From Gemmatimonadota bacterium (GTDB taxonomy: Bacteria > Gemmatimonadota > Gemmatimonadetes > Palauibacterales > Palauibacteraceae), in assembly GCA_039588275.1 (NCBI GenBank), contig JBDHAC010000024.1, positions 1 through 64,000 of the forward strand: 64,000 bases of DNA. The letters are read 5' to 3'. Positions within the stretch are counted from its first letter, which is position 1; every line of letters starts with the position of its first letter. Shown here piece by piece: positions 54,106-63,112 of the stretch. Under the pieces are notes generated by a model. It was not told where the DNA came from and ran no database searches. It worked only from the letters and a program-made list of their open reading frames with translations. Both the position numbers and the translations under genes were made by a program.

Positions 54106-55874
54106 TCGAATCCCACCTTCGGTACGACTCGGAACAATGCGACCGCGGCGAGCGCCGTGAGGCCGATGCAGAAGGCAGCGAGCCAGTGGCGTCCGTACAG
54201 CAGATACCCGGTCGCGAAGAGGGCCGAATACACGGCCAGACAACCGAGCGCCCACGCGAGCAACCCGGCGGACGCACTACCGGCCGCGCCGCCCGCCTCC
54301 GCGCGGATCTCGACGGCTTTCTTCCACCCTCGGGCGAACGGCCGGATCCGGTCGTAGAAGCGCTGGAGGGTCTCGCCGTCCACGGGTGCCGTGAGGAACG
54401 TGACCGTGACCCACACCACGGTCGTGATCGCGACCCCCACGACGAGCGCCACGGCGGGATGAAACGCCGCGAACCCGAGCGCCTCGTGAACGAATTGGAA
54501 GTACAACGCCACGAGGAACGAGATGATCATCGCGGAGATCTCGCTCCACACGTTGATGCGCCACCAGAACCAACGGAGCAGGAAGATGAGTCCCGTACCG
54601 GCTCCGATCTGGAGCAGGATCTGGAACGCCTGCAGAGCGTTCTCGAGCCAAAGCGCCACGGCCGACGCGAGGATGATCAAGCCGACCGTCGAGAGACGTG
54701 CCACCCGGACGTAGTGAGCCTCGTCGCGTTCGGACGAGACAAAGCGGCGGTAACAGTCGTCCACGATGTACGAGGCGCCCCAATTCAGATGGGTGCTGAT
54801 CGTGGACATGTAGGCCGCGGCAAGCGAAGCGACGACGAGCCCCAGCAGCCCGTGGGGGAGGAACACCAGCATGGCGGGATAGGCGAGATCGTGCCGGATG
54901 ATCGACGGGTCCAACCCTGGAAAACGGGCCGCTATCGAGTCGAGCGTCGGGTACATGATCAGCGAGGCCAATGCAACGAGGACCCACGGCCACGGCCGGA
55001 GCGCGTAGTGTGCGATGTTGAACCACAGGGTCGCACGCATCGACTCCCGCTCGTCTCGGGCCGCCAGCATGCGTTGCGCGGCGTAGCCTCCGCCCCCCGG
55101 CTCCGCGCCCGGATACCAGGTGCTCCACCACTGCACCGCGATCGGGATCAGGAAGACGACCGCAGCGTTTCTCCAATCCGAGAAGTCGGGCAGCAACGAC
55201 AACTTGTCCGCGAGCGCCGGGTGCGAGACGAGCCCGGCGAGCCCGCCGACCTCCGGTTGGCGCAGGGCGAACACCGCGGCGGAAATCGACCCGATCATCG
55301 CGATCGCGAACAGGAGGAGGTCGGTCACCACCACGCCCCACAGACCTGAAGTGGCCGAGTACACGGCGGTCACCACCCCGGCGACGAACACGGTCGTATA
55401 CTCGTCGGCCCCCAACAGCACCCCGGCGATCTTGATGGCGGCCAGGGTCACGGTGGCCATGATCATCACGTTGAAGAACACGCCCAGGTAGAGCGCGCGG
55501 AACCCGCGTAGGAAGGCCGCCGGCTTTCCCGAGTACCGCAGTTCGTAGAACCCGATGTCCGTGAACACGCCGGAGCGGCGCCACAGCTTGGCGTAGAAGA
55601 AGACCGTGCACATCCCGGTGATGAGGAAGGCCCACCAAACCCAGTTCTGGCTCACGCCGCCGTTGCGCACGAGATCCGTGACCAGGTTCGGCGTGTCGGT
55701 GGAGAACGTGGTGGCTACCATCGACGTCCCGAGCAACCACCACGGTAGCTGGCGGCCGGCGAGGAAGTACTGACCGGTGCCCGATCCGGCCCGCCGGGCG
55801 AACGCCAGCCCCACGACCAGCGCCACGAGCCCGTACGACCCGAGAACCGCCCAGTCCAAGGCCGTCAGTTGCAT
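54102..55874 (-). CDS. Sodium:solute symporter family protein
   Basis: YFLAGR.LPWW..GTSMVATTF, AQRML.A, AAYMST and about 14 TM. Confidence 0.92.
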   Translation of the reverse strand: MQLTALDWAVLGSYGLVALVVGLAFARRAGSGTGQYFLAGRQLPWWLLGTSMVATTFSTDTPNLVTDLVRNGGVSQNWVWWAFLITGMCTVFFYAKLWRRSGVFTDIGFYELRYSGKPAAFLRGFRALYLGVFFNVMIMATVTLAAIKIAGVLLGADEYTTVFVAGVVTAVYSATSGLWGVVVTDLLLFAIAMIGSISAAVFALRQPEVGGLAGLVSHPALADKLSLLPDFSDWRNAAVVFLIPIAVQWWSTWYPGAEPGGGGYAAQRMLAARDERESMRATLWFNIAHYALRPWPWVLVALASLIMYPTLDSIAARFPGLDPSIIRHDLAYPAMLVFLPHGLLGLVVASLAAAYMSTISTHLNWGASYIVDDCYRRFVSSERDEAHYVRVARLSTVGLIILASAVALWLENALQAFQILLQIGAGTGLIFLLRWFWWRINVWSEISAMIISFLVALYFQFVHEALGFAAFHPAVALVVGVAITTVVWVTVTFLTAPVDGETLQRFYDRIRPFARGWKKAVEIRAEAGGAAGSASAGLLAWALGCLAVYSALFATGYLLYGRHWLAAFCIGLTALAAVALFRVVPKVGFE

Positions 55875-55881
55875 GGTGGCC

Positions 55882-56826
55882 TCAACCCGGGACCGTGCCG
55901 CGGCGGGCCCTGAACCATGCCGCCAGGTCTATGGGATAATCCCCCGCGGCGACCGCCTCGTTGACGCCGGACGCCACCTCTTCGCGGTCTTCGGGGAACG
56001 TGAGCGCCAGGCCGCTATCCTCCGTCGGAATGACCCGCACGCGGACCCGCCGGGATTCGACCAGCCCGCCCACGGCGCTGCTCAGTAGAAACTCGTCCGC
56101 GATCGGATCGTCCGTTTCCGCGTGAAAGCGCTCGAAGCGGTGCCACAACGGCTCGAAGATCGAAGGTTGGAAAGCCCACAGGTTCATGGAGGCGAGCTCG
56201 TCACCCGTCAACAGGCACGGGCTCCCGTCCTCCTGCAATCCGGCGATGGCCGAGCCCTCGTGCCGAATCTCGCGCACCTCCTCGATCGACTCGGCGAAGC
56301 CGGACTTGTCACACCGGCAGATGCCGCGGTTCGCTCCCCCCGACGTGGGCAGGAGGGTGTCCTTCAATCGGTACCCGATGACGAAATGAGAGGGATCGCC
56401 GGTCGTGAGGGCATCCCGAACGCGCCGCGCCAGACGCCCGATCGATCGTGGACCGTAGAAATCGTCCGCGTTACAGACGATGAACGGCTCCCGCACCAGG
56501 CGTCGGAGCGTCAGGACGGCGTGACCGGTGCCCCAGGGCTTGGTCCTCCCGGCGGGAACTCGGAAGCCCGCAGGGAGATCACCGGTATCCTGGATCACGA
56601 ACTCGACGCGGAGCGCGTCGCCGAGTCGGCCCGCGACGTGGGCTCTAAGCCGAGGCTCCAGATCGGGCCGCGTGACGAACACGACGCGGTGGCATCCCGC
56701 CCGGACGGCGTCGTGTACCGCGTACTCGAACAGCGCCTCGTCGCTCGGGCCGATGGGCTCCAGTTGCTTGAGCCGCCCGAACCGGCTCGCGCGACCGGCC
56801 GCCAACACCACGAACGAAAGGAGCAT
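55882..56826 (-). CDS. Sugar-phosphate nucleotidyltransferase (NTP_transferase family)
   Basis: VVLAAGRASRFG.LKQ, RTKPWGTGHAV, NADDFYG, NRG.C, SMNLW.F and EF.L. Confidence 0.88.
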   Translation of the reverse strand: MLLSFVVLAAGRASRFGRLKQLEPIGPSDEALFEYAVHDAVRAGCHRVVFVTRPDLEPRLRAHVAGRLGDALRVEFVIQDTGDLPAGFRVPAGRTKPWGTGHAVLTLRRLVREPFIVCNADDFYGPRSIGRLARRVRDALTTGDPSHFVIGYRLKDTLLPTSGGANRGICRCDKSGFAESIEEVREIRHEGSAIAGLQEDGSPCLLTGDELASMNLWAFQPSIFEPLWHRFERFHAETDDPIADEFLLSSAVGGLVESRRVRVRVIPTEDSGLALTFPEDREEVASGVNEAVAAGDYPIDLAAWFRARRGTVPG

Positions 56827-56872
56827 CGGCCCATTGTACCGCAGGGCCCCAAAAGCGGATAGCTTCGCGTCC
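56827..56872. promoter_or_regulatory. 46-bp divergent intergenic region with two candidate leaderless promoters
   Basis: Minus: TACAAT (56838-56833), 6 nt, ATG 56826. Plus: TAGCTT (56860-56865), 7 nt, ATG 56873. No Shine-Dalgarno on either side. Confidence 0.55.
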
Positions 56873-58162
56873 ATGCTGGATCGCTACTTCGGGCTCTCCG
56901 AGCACGCGACCGACGCGCGGACGGAGGTGATCGCCGGGATCACCACGTTCCTCACCATGGCGTACATCCTGTTCGTCAACCCGCTCATTCTCGCCGATGC
57001 GGGGATGGACCGTGGCGCCGTCTTCGTCGCGACCTGCGTGGCCTCCGCGTTCGGTACGCTGATCATGGGCCTGTACGCCAACTACCCGATCGCGCTCGCC
57101 CCGGGGATGGCCCTGAACGCGTTCTTCGCCTACACGGTCGTGGGCTCCATGGGGTACAGCTGGCCGACGGCGCTCGGAGCCGTCTTCATGTCGGGCATCC
57201 TGTTCACAGCGCTCAGCCTGCTCCGCGTCAGGGAGCAGGTGGTTCGAGCCATCCCCGTGACGATGAAGCGCGCCATATCGGCGGGGATCGGACTCTTCTT
57301 GGGACTGATCGCCCTGCAGAGCGCGGGCTTGGTGACTGGCGACCCGACGACGCTCGTGACCCTCGGTGATGTGCGCCGACCGGAACCGCTGCTCGCGGCG
57401 CTCGGATTCGCGCTCATCGTGGCCCTCACCCACCGCGGTGTACTCGGGGCCATAATCATCGGAATCCTCGCCGTCGCATTGCTGGGCCTCCCGTTCGGGC
57501 TCGCGACCTTCTCCGGCGTGGTCGCGGTGCCGCCCGATCCGCGCCCGACGCTGCTGGCGCTCGACATCGCCGGCGCGCTGGACGTGGGGTTCGTGACCGT
57601 GATCTTCACGTTCCTGTTCGTCGATCTGTTCGATACGACGGGCACCCTCGTGGGCGTGGCTCACCGTGCGGGGATGCTGGACGAGGACGGCCACCTGCCG
57701 AGGTTGAACCGGGCACTCCTCGCGGACAGCACCGCGACCGTAGCGGGCTCCATGCTCGGAACGTCCACGGTGACGAGCTACATCGAGAGCGCGGCGGGCA
57801 CCAACGTGGGAGGGCGCACGGGTCTGACCGCGGTGGTGGTGGCAGCCCTGTTCCTGCTGTCGCTGTTCCTCGCGCCGTTGGCCGGCATGATCCCCGCATA
57901 CGCGACCGCTTCGGCGCTCTTCTTCGTGGCCTGCCTGATGGCGAGAGGGCTGTCGGAGCTCGATTGGGACGACCCGACCGAGTACGCGCCAGCCGTGATC
58001 GCCGCGATCGCGATGCCGCTCACGTATTCGATCGCCACGGGAATCGGTTTCGGCTTCGTCGGGTATGTGGCCGTGAAGACGTTGGCCGGCCGGTGGGGCG
58101 ACCTGCGCTTCGCGACGGTGGCGATCGCGCTTCTCTTCATCCTGAAGTTCGCGATCGCATGA
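56873..58162 (+). CDS. NCS2/AzgA-type purine (adenine/guanine/hypoxanthine) permease
   Basis: E..AG.TTFLTMAYI..VNP, APGM.LNAFF, D.FD..GT, YIESAAG...GGRTGL and MPLTYSIA.GI. Confidence 0.93.
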   Translation: MLDRYFGLSEHATDARTEVIAGITTFLTMAYILFVNPLILADAGMDRGAVFVATCVASAFGTLIMGLYANYPIALAPGMALNAFFAYTVVGSMGYSWPTALGAVFMSGILFTALSLLRVREQVVRAIPVTMKRAISAGIGLFLGLIALQSAGLVTGDPTTLVTLGDVRRPEPLLAALGFALIVALTHRGVLGAIIIGILAVALLGLPFGLATFSGVVAVPPDPRPTLLALDIAGALDVGFVTVIFTFLFVDLFDTTGTLVGVAHRAGMLDEDGHLPRLNRALLADSTATVAGSMLGTSTVTSYIESAAGTNVGGRTGLTAVVVAALFLLSLFLAPLAGMIPAYATASALFFVACLMARGLSELDWDDPTEYAPAVIAAIAMPLTYSIATGIGFGFVGYVAVKTLAGRWGDLRFATVAIALLFILKFAIA

Positions 58163-58240
58163 CGCGGTGAGCGAGCCGAGCGTGTGGGCGGCGCCCGGGC
58201 CGCCCACGCCCGCATAGGCCCGAACGCGAGGAGGCACGCG

Positions 58241-59941
58241 ATGCCGGGGAGGAGGGACGGACGATTCGGGTCCCCGCTACGCTGCGGCGTCTTGGGACTC
58301 GTCTTGCTCGTTTCCCCTGAACCGGGGCGGCTTGCCGCCTCGACGGGGTCGTCGATCGAGCCCCGCGAGTCACCCCGCGCGTCTGTTTCGGTCACGGTCG
58401 CGCAGGCTGGCCAGCGGGATACCATCCCACGCGTTACCGGGTTCATACTCGACGGAGAGCTGGGGGAGTGGCGTTCGCGCCCGACGGACCAGGTGCTCCC
58501 CGCCACCCCGACGACGCCGCAGACGCTCGTCTGGATTGCCCAGGTTGACGGGGGCCTGGCAGTCGCCGCGGAGATCCGGACGACCGGAGCCCCGAATCTC
58601 CAGAACCCCCGGCTCTCGATCTGGCTCGCGGACGCCGGGCCACCCGCTCTGCCTCCGATCGGTTGGGGCCACCAGTTCGGCTTCGAGACGCTCGCGAGCG
58701 AGGCCGAGTGCGAGACCGTGGACTGGGGTGAGGAGCTGCGAGCGTTCTGCGCGGAGTGGTTCCGCGAACAGGTCGAGCACCGGTCCCGACTGGCGCCCCT
58801 GTTCGAGCGACGCTGGGTGGTGTCCGCGACGGCGCCCGAAGTGCCCGCGGAGACGCTGGCACGCCCCGCGTTCGAAGCGCTGGCGCCCGAGGTGCGCTCG
58901 AGGCTCGGACCTCTGGAGCCGGCGGCGGAGCCGGACGCACAACCGGATGCGCGCGCTCGGTCCGTGGCCGGGACGCCGGGTGCCCTGGGGCTCGAGGTGC
59001 TCGTCCCGTGGACTGCGTTCCCGCCCGTGAAAGCGCTCGACTTCACAGCCATGCGGGTGCGCGTGGGCCTGGTCGGACGCGACGCGGGTCCCGAAGCTGC
59101 CGGCGCTGGCGTTGCGGTTCCGGAAGATCTGCCCCCGCGGCGCCTGACCGCCCCGATCGAACACCGACTCACTCCGTGCGGCTACGGCCTGGGCCAGATC
59201 GCGATCTTCAGCGAGCCGCATGTCGGAGTCCGTCTTCCTTCGGAGCAGGCCGGTCTGTACATGATCCCCGAAGCGTCAGGAGATCTGCGCCGCCTCATCG
59301 TGATCGACAACGAAGCCGCCGGCTACCAGTACGAGCCCGACTCCGCCTCGATCTCGCCCGCCGCGTTCGCGGCCGAGTACTCCGCGCTGGAGCTGGGCGA
59401 TGGTGAGGTCCTGTGCGGGCCCTTCCTCGCACACAAGCGTGGGGAGCGCGTCTCGGAGACCGTCGAGGGCACGCTCTCGGGGGAGGAGAGCCCATGGCCC
59501 TTTCTCATAGATGCTCGACACATGGAAACCCGCCGACTGGCGGATGGTGATTGGCTCGTGAAGGAGGGCCCCCGCGTCTGGTGGAGCTACTACGGGTCGG
59601 GGCAGTGCGGGGCCTGCCCGCGCGTCGGCGTCCGGATACACCACGTCGATGCGGAGACGGGCGCCGTGACGGAGACTCTCGGATTCACCCAGCTGGCCGG
59701 GAGCGGCGTGCAGGATGTGGAGATCGAAGTGTCGGAAGACTGGCGCGAGGTCATCGCATACGAATCGATCACCGACTGGGAGGAGGAAACTCCCGAGAGC
59801 CACTGGAGAGCGACGCGGTACTGCTTCCGGGATGCGGAAGCCGGCCAGCGCCCGCGCTACGATGTTTGCGGGGAGGAGGAACCGGTTCCCGAGCCGCCCA
59901 AGCGACTGCGGTTGGAATACGAGGCGTACTTTGACCCGTAG
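58241..59941 (+). CDS. Secreted hypothetical protein with possible CBM9/DOMON-like N-terminal region and a CxxC motif
   Basis: GAGGAGG RBS, signal-like segment, ILDGELGEW, LGLEVLVPW..F and GQCGACP. Confidence 0.65.
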   Translation: MPGRRDGRFGSPLRCGVLGLVLLVSPEPGRLAASTGSSIEPRESPRASVSVTVAQAGQRDTIPRVTGFILDGELGEWRSRPTDQVLPATPTTPQTLVWIAQVDGGLAVAAEIRTTGAPNLQNPRLSIWLADAGPPALPPIGWGHQFGFETLASEAECETVDWGEELRAFCAEWFREQVEHRSRLAPLFERRWVVSATAPEVPAETLARPAFEALAPEVRSRLGPLEPAAEPDAQPDARARSVAGTPGALGLEVLVPWTAFPPVKALDFTAMRVRVGLVGRDAGPEAAGAGVAVPEDLPPRRLTAPIEHRLTPCGYGLGQIAIFSEPHVGVRLPSEQAGLYMIPEASGDLRRLIVIDNEAAGYQYEPDSASISPAAFAAEYSALELGDGEVLCGPFLAHKRGERVSETVEGTLSGEESPWPFLIDARHMETRRLADGDWLVKEGPRVWWSYYGSGQCGACPRVGVRIHHVDAETGAVTETLGFTQLAGSGVQDVEIEVSEDWREVIAYESITDWEEETPESHWRATRYCFRDAEAGQRPRYDVCGEEEPVPEPPKRLRLEYEAYFDP

Positions 59942-60035
59942 GTACGCGTCGCACGGATGTGCGTCGGGCCGGGTGAGGCGGCATGCAGGTGACAACCGCC
60001 GGGGCGTCGGCTAGGTGCCGGACGCCGTGCTCGCC

Positions 60036-61541
60036 TCAGCCGCCGCTCCCCATGATCGGCCGGCCCGGGTAAACGCCATCGACGACCTCGCCGTCACGCA
60101 CGACGAATGTTCCCTCGACCAACACGTGGTGGATTCCCTCTGACGGCGCTTCCGGCTGTTCGTAGGTCGCCCGGTCGATCACGGTCTGCGGGTCGAAGAT
60201 CGTGAGATCGGCATCCGCACCGAGTTGTACACGGCCCTTACGACGCATGGCCGATGCGACCGTCTCGACTCGACGAGCGGGGAGGAGAGTCATCTTCGCG
60301 AGCGCCTCCATCAACGTCAGAGCCCCGCGCTCACGCACGTAGTGACCGAGCACACGCGCGTAAGTGCCCGCGCCCCGGGGGTGCACCGCCACGTATAAAA
60401 ACGGGATCCCATCGCTGGCGATCATTACATCCGGCTGCGCCACGATCCACTCGTTCATCTCCTCGTTGCGACCGTGGATCACGACCCAGCCACCCCGCTG
60501 CCGGTACTCCTGGAAGGTCCGTGCAGTCAGCCGCTCGCCGGTGCCGGGCCACTCCAGACGTTGGTAGTCGTCATCGTCGAGCCCCTCCCATGAATCGAAC
60601 AGGGCGGATTCGATATACGTGGAGCTCGCGGTGTAGGGATACGCCTCGGTGGTGACATCGACACCTCGCTCGGTGGCGCCCCGAATCATCTCCAACGTCG
60701 TCCGCGCCATCTCATCGGCACTGCTATTCATATGAACGATATGCACCGACGCGCCCGTGGCGGCCGCATCCGCGATTACCTCTTGGAAGGCACCGAGCGT
60801 CCCCCCCGAGTTCTCACCCCGCAGGTGCACGTAGGCCGGCGCTTCTCGTGCGGCTGCAAGCTGGAAAAGGCGGTAGATCTCCGTTCGCGATGCTCCGGGC
60901 GTGTACGTGATCCCGAATCCGAGTCCGAGCCCCCCTTCGTCCAACCCCTGCGCGATCAGCCCGGATAGCTCCAGGACCCGCCCTTCGTCCAGCTCCTCGT
61001 AGATGAGGTCCGACCCGAACGGGTTGTCGGCGGTCGGTGGCATCGTGGGGGTGTGGCCGACGTCGATGCCGGCGAGGAGCTTCATCCGCGCACCAGGATG
61101 GCTGACGGTCGCACCGTAATGGATGAGCGCCTTTCCCTCGCGCGACTCGAGCCATTCGGCCACGGGCCAAACACCGACTTCCATTTCGAGCGCGGTCGTA
61201 ACGCCGTCCAGCGCCTGCAGACGGCCGCTCACGGAGTCCTGCCCGTGCGCGTGCAAATCGATGAAGCCCGGCGCGACTACGAGCCCGCTGGCGTCGAGCG
61301 TGTCCGAGGCGGTGAGAGGTCCCTCGCTGATGGCTGCGACCCGACCCGAGCTGATTCCCACGTTTCGCACCGCATCCAGACCCGTCTCAGGGTCCATCAC
61401 GCGACCCGCTGCAATCACCAGGTCCAGCTCGGCGGTCGACGAGTCGGGAGGGGAGTCTGACTGGCAGGCCCAGAAAGACAGGATGCCGCTGCCCGCGACC
61501 AGGAGCCCGAACAGGGTGCCCAGGTGGCTCCGTGCCCTCAT
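60036..61541 (-). CDS. Amidohydrolase (N-acyl-D-amino-acid deacylase-like), lipoprotein
   Basis: Lipobox-like FWAC, VVAPGFIDLHAH, DGVTT, YVHLR, HIVH, EAYPY, IASDG, HPRG.GT and GADAD.TIFDP. Confidence 0.9.
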   Translation of the reverse strand: MRARSHLGTLFGLLVAGSGILSFWACQSDSPPDSSTAELDLVIAAGRVMDPETGLDAVRNVGISSGRVAAISEGPLTASDTLDASGLVVAPGFIDLHAHGQDSVSGRLQALDGVTTALEMEVGVWPVAEWLESREGKALIHYGATVSHPGARMKLLAGIDVGHTPTMPPTADNPFGSDLIYEELDEGRVLELSGLIAQGLDEGGLGLGFGITYTPGASRTEIYRLFQLAAAREAPAYVHLRGENSGGTLGAFQEVIADAAATGASVHIVHMNSSADEMARTTLEMIRGATERGVDVTTEAYPYTASSTYIESALFDSWEGLDDDDYQRLEWPGTGERLTARTFQEYRQRGGWVVIHGRNEEMNEWIVAQPDVMIASDGIPFLYVAVHPRGAGTYARVLGHYVRERGALTLMEALAKMTLLPARRVETVASAMRRKGRVQLGADADLTIFDPQTVIDRATYEQPEAPSEGIHHVLVEGTFVVRDGEVVDGVYPGRPIMGSGG

Positions 61542-62887
61542 GACCAGCCCCACCCATCGCGGAACGTCGGGCGGATGTACTCTTCGGGGATCGACGCGTT
61601 CGTGACCTGCCCGGTCGAAGGGTCCAGCTGCAACGCGCGAGCGCTACGCACCGCCAGGTTGCCCAGCAGCACCATCTCGGAGAGGGGTCCCGCATGCTCG
61701 GCGAAGCTGGAGCCGGCGGGGGCGCCGCCCTTGCACGCCACGACGAACTCGTCGTACACGCCGTCGATCCGCGGGTACTTCTCGGCCGGCGGGTTCGCGC
61801 GGATCTCGGCGTCCCGGGCCTCGTCGAGTAGCTTTGGGTCCTCCCCATAGGTCCCTGCCATCAGCTTTCCATCGTCGCCGATCCACAGCTGTCCCCCGCT
61901 GGGTTCGATCGGCCAGCGCTGTCCGTCTCCGATCTCCTGCGGCTTCGGCGGCGACAGGTTGCCGTCCCGCCACACGACCTTGACCGGCCCGCGCCCGCCC
62001 TTCACCGGGAATTCGTATTCGATGCGCGATGCGGCCGGGGCCGTCTCGTCGAATAGCGTGGTCGATTCCGCCACAATTCGGGTCGGGAAGCCCAGGTCGA
62101 GCGTCCAGAACGCGGCGTCCATCGAGTGGCAGGCGATGTCGCCCAACGCGCCGGTGCCGTAGTCCCACCATCCGCGCCATCGGAAGGGGGCATAGGCCGG
62201 GTGATACGGCCGTTCCGGTACGGGGCCCAGCCACAGGTCCCAATCCAGCCAGGGGGGCACGTGGTGCACCTCGGTCGGCCGGTCGATCGCCTGCGGCCAG
62301 ATGGGCCTGTTCGTCCAGTACTGGATCTCGCGCACGGTGCCGATGGCGCCCGCTTCCACCCACTCCCGGATCTGACGCGTGCCCTCTCCGGCGTGTCCCT
62401 GGTTGCCCATCTGTGTGGCAACGCCCGTTTCACGCGCGACCCGCATCAGCTCGCGGACCTCCCACAACGAGCGCGCGAGGGGTTTCTGGATCCGGCAGTG
62501 CAGCCCCAGCCGCATGGCCATCACGCCCGCGACGGCGTGGGTGTGATCCGGTGTGGAGACGATCACCGCATCGAGGTTCGCGCTCTCCCGTTCCAGCATG
62601 ACGCGGAAGTCCTTGTAGCGCTTCGCGGCCGGGAACGACCCGAACGCAGCCTGCGCCCGTCGGTCATCGACATCGCACAGCGCATAGATGTTCCCGCCGG
62701 CCCCGGCGATGCCCCGCACATCGTTCCGACCCATCCCTCCGACGCCGATGCAGCCGACGTTCACCGTGTCGCTCGGCGCGCGGTAGCCCTGCCCCCCGAG
62801 GACATGACGCGGCACGATGACGAGCCCGGCGCCGGCGGCGCCGGCGGCTCTGACGAACGTCCGTCGAGCGATGGCGTGGGGCTTCAT
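61538..62887 (-). CDS. Gfo/Idh/MocA family oxidoreductase, Tat signal
   Basis: ARRTFVR, IGVGGMG, STPDHTHA, QKPL, TQMGNQG, LDWDLWLGP and WRGWWDYGTGALGDIACH..D. Confidence 0.92.
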   Translation of the reverse strand: MKPHAIARRTFVRAAGAAGAGLVIVPRHVLGGQGYRAPSDTVNVGCIGVGGMGRNDVRGIAGAGGNIYALCDVDDRRAQAAFGSFPAAKRYKDFRVMLERESANLDAVIVSTPDHTHAVAGVMAMRLGLHCRIQKPLARSLWEVRELMRVARETGVATQMGNQGHAGEGTRQIREWVEAGAIGTVREIQYWTNRPIWPQAIDRPTEVHHVPPWLDWDLWLGPVPERPYHPAYAPFRWRGWWDYGTGALGDIACHSMDAAFWTLDLGFPTRIVAESTTLFDETAPAASRIEYEFPVKGGRGPVKVVWRDGNLSPPKPQEIGDGQRWPIEPSGGQLWIGDDGKLMAGTYGEDPKLLDEARDAEIRANPPAEKYPRIDGVYDEFVVACKGGAPAGSSFAEHAGPLSEMVLLGNLAVRSARALQLDPSTGQVTNASIPEEYIRPTFRDGWGWS

Positions 62888-63112
62888 GGCGAGCTCTCCT
62901 GTGGGTTCCTGACAGGCCGCTGCAAGACTCGAGTGGGCCACCCTATGAAGGGAGACGCCGCTCACGGCGGCGGCTCCGGAAGTATGAATCTCGTCATCGC
63001 GGCGCGCCAGACGCCGGGCGGACGATGGCGCCTTGCGGCCGGCGGACCGCCTGCTTCGGTTTGCAGCGAGCCGCGGCACTCGAGGTCGGTCCATTCTCAT
63101 GAGGAGAGCAGA

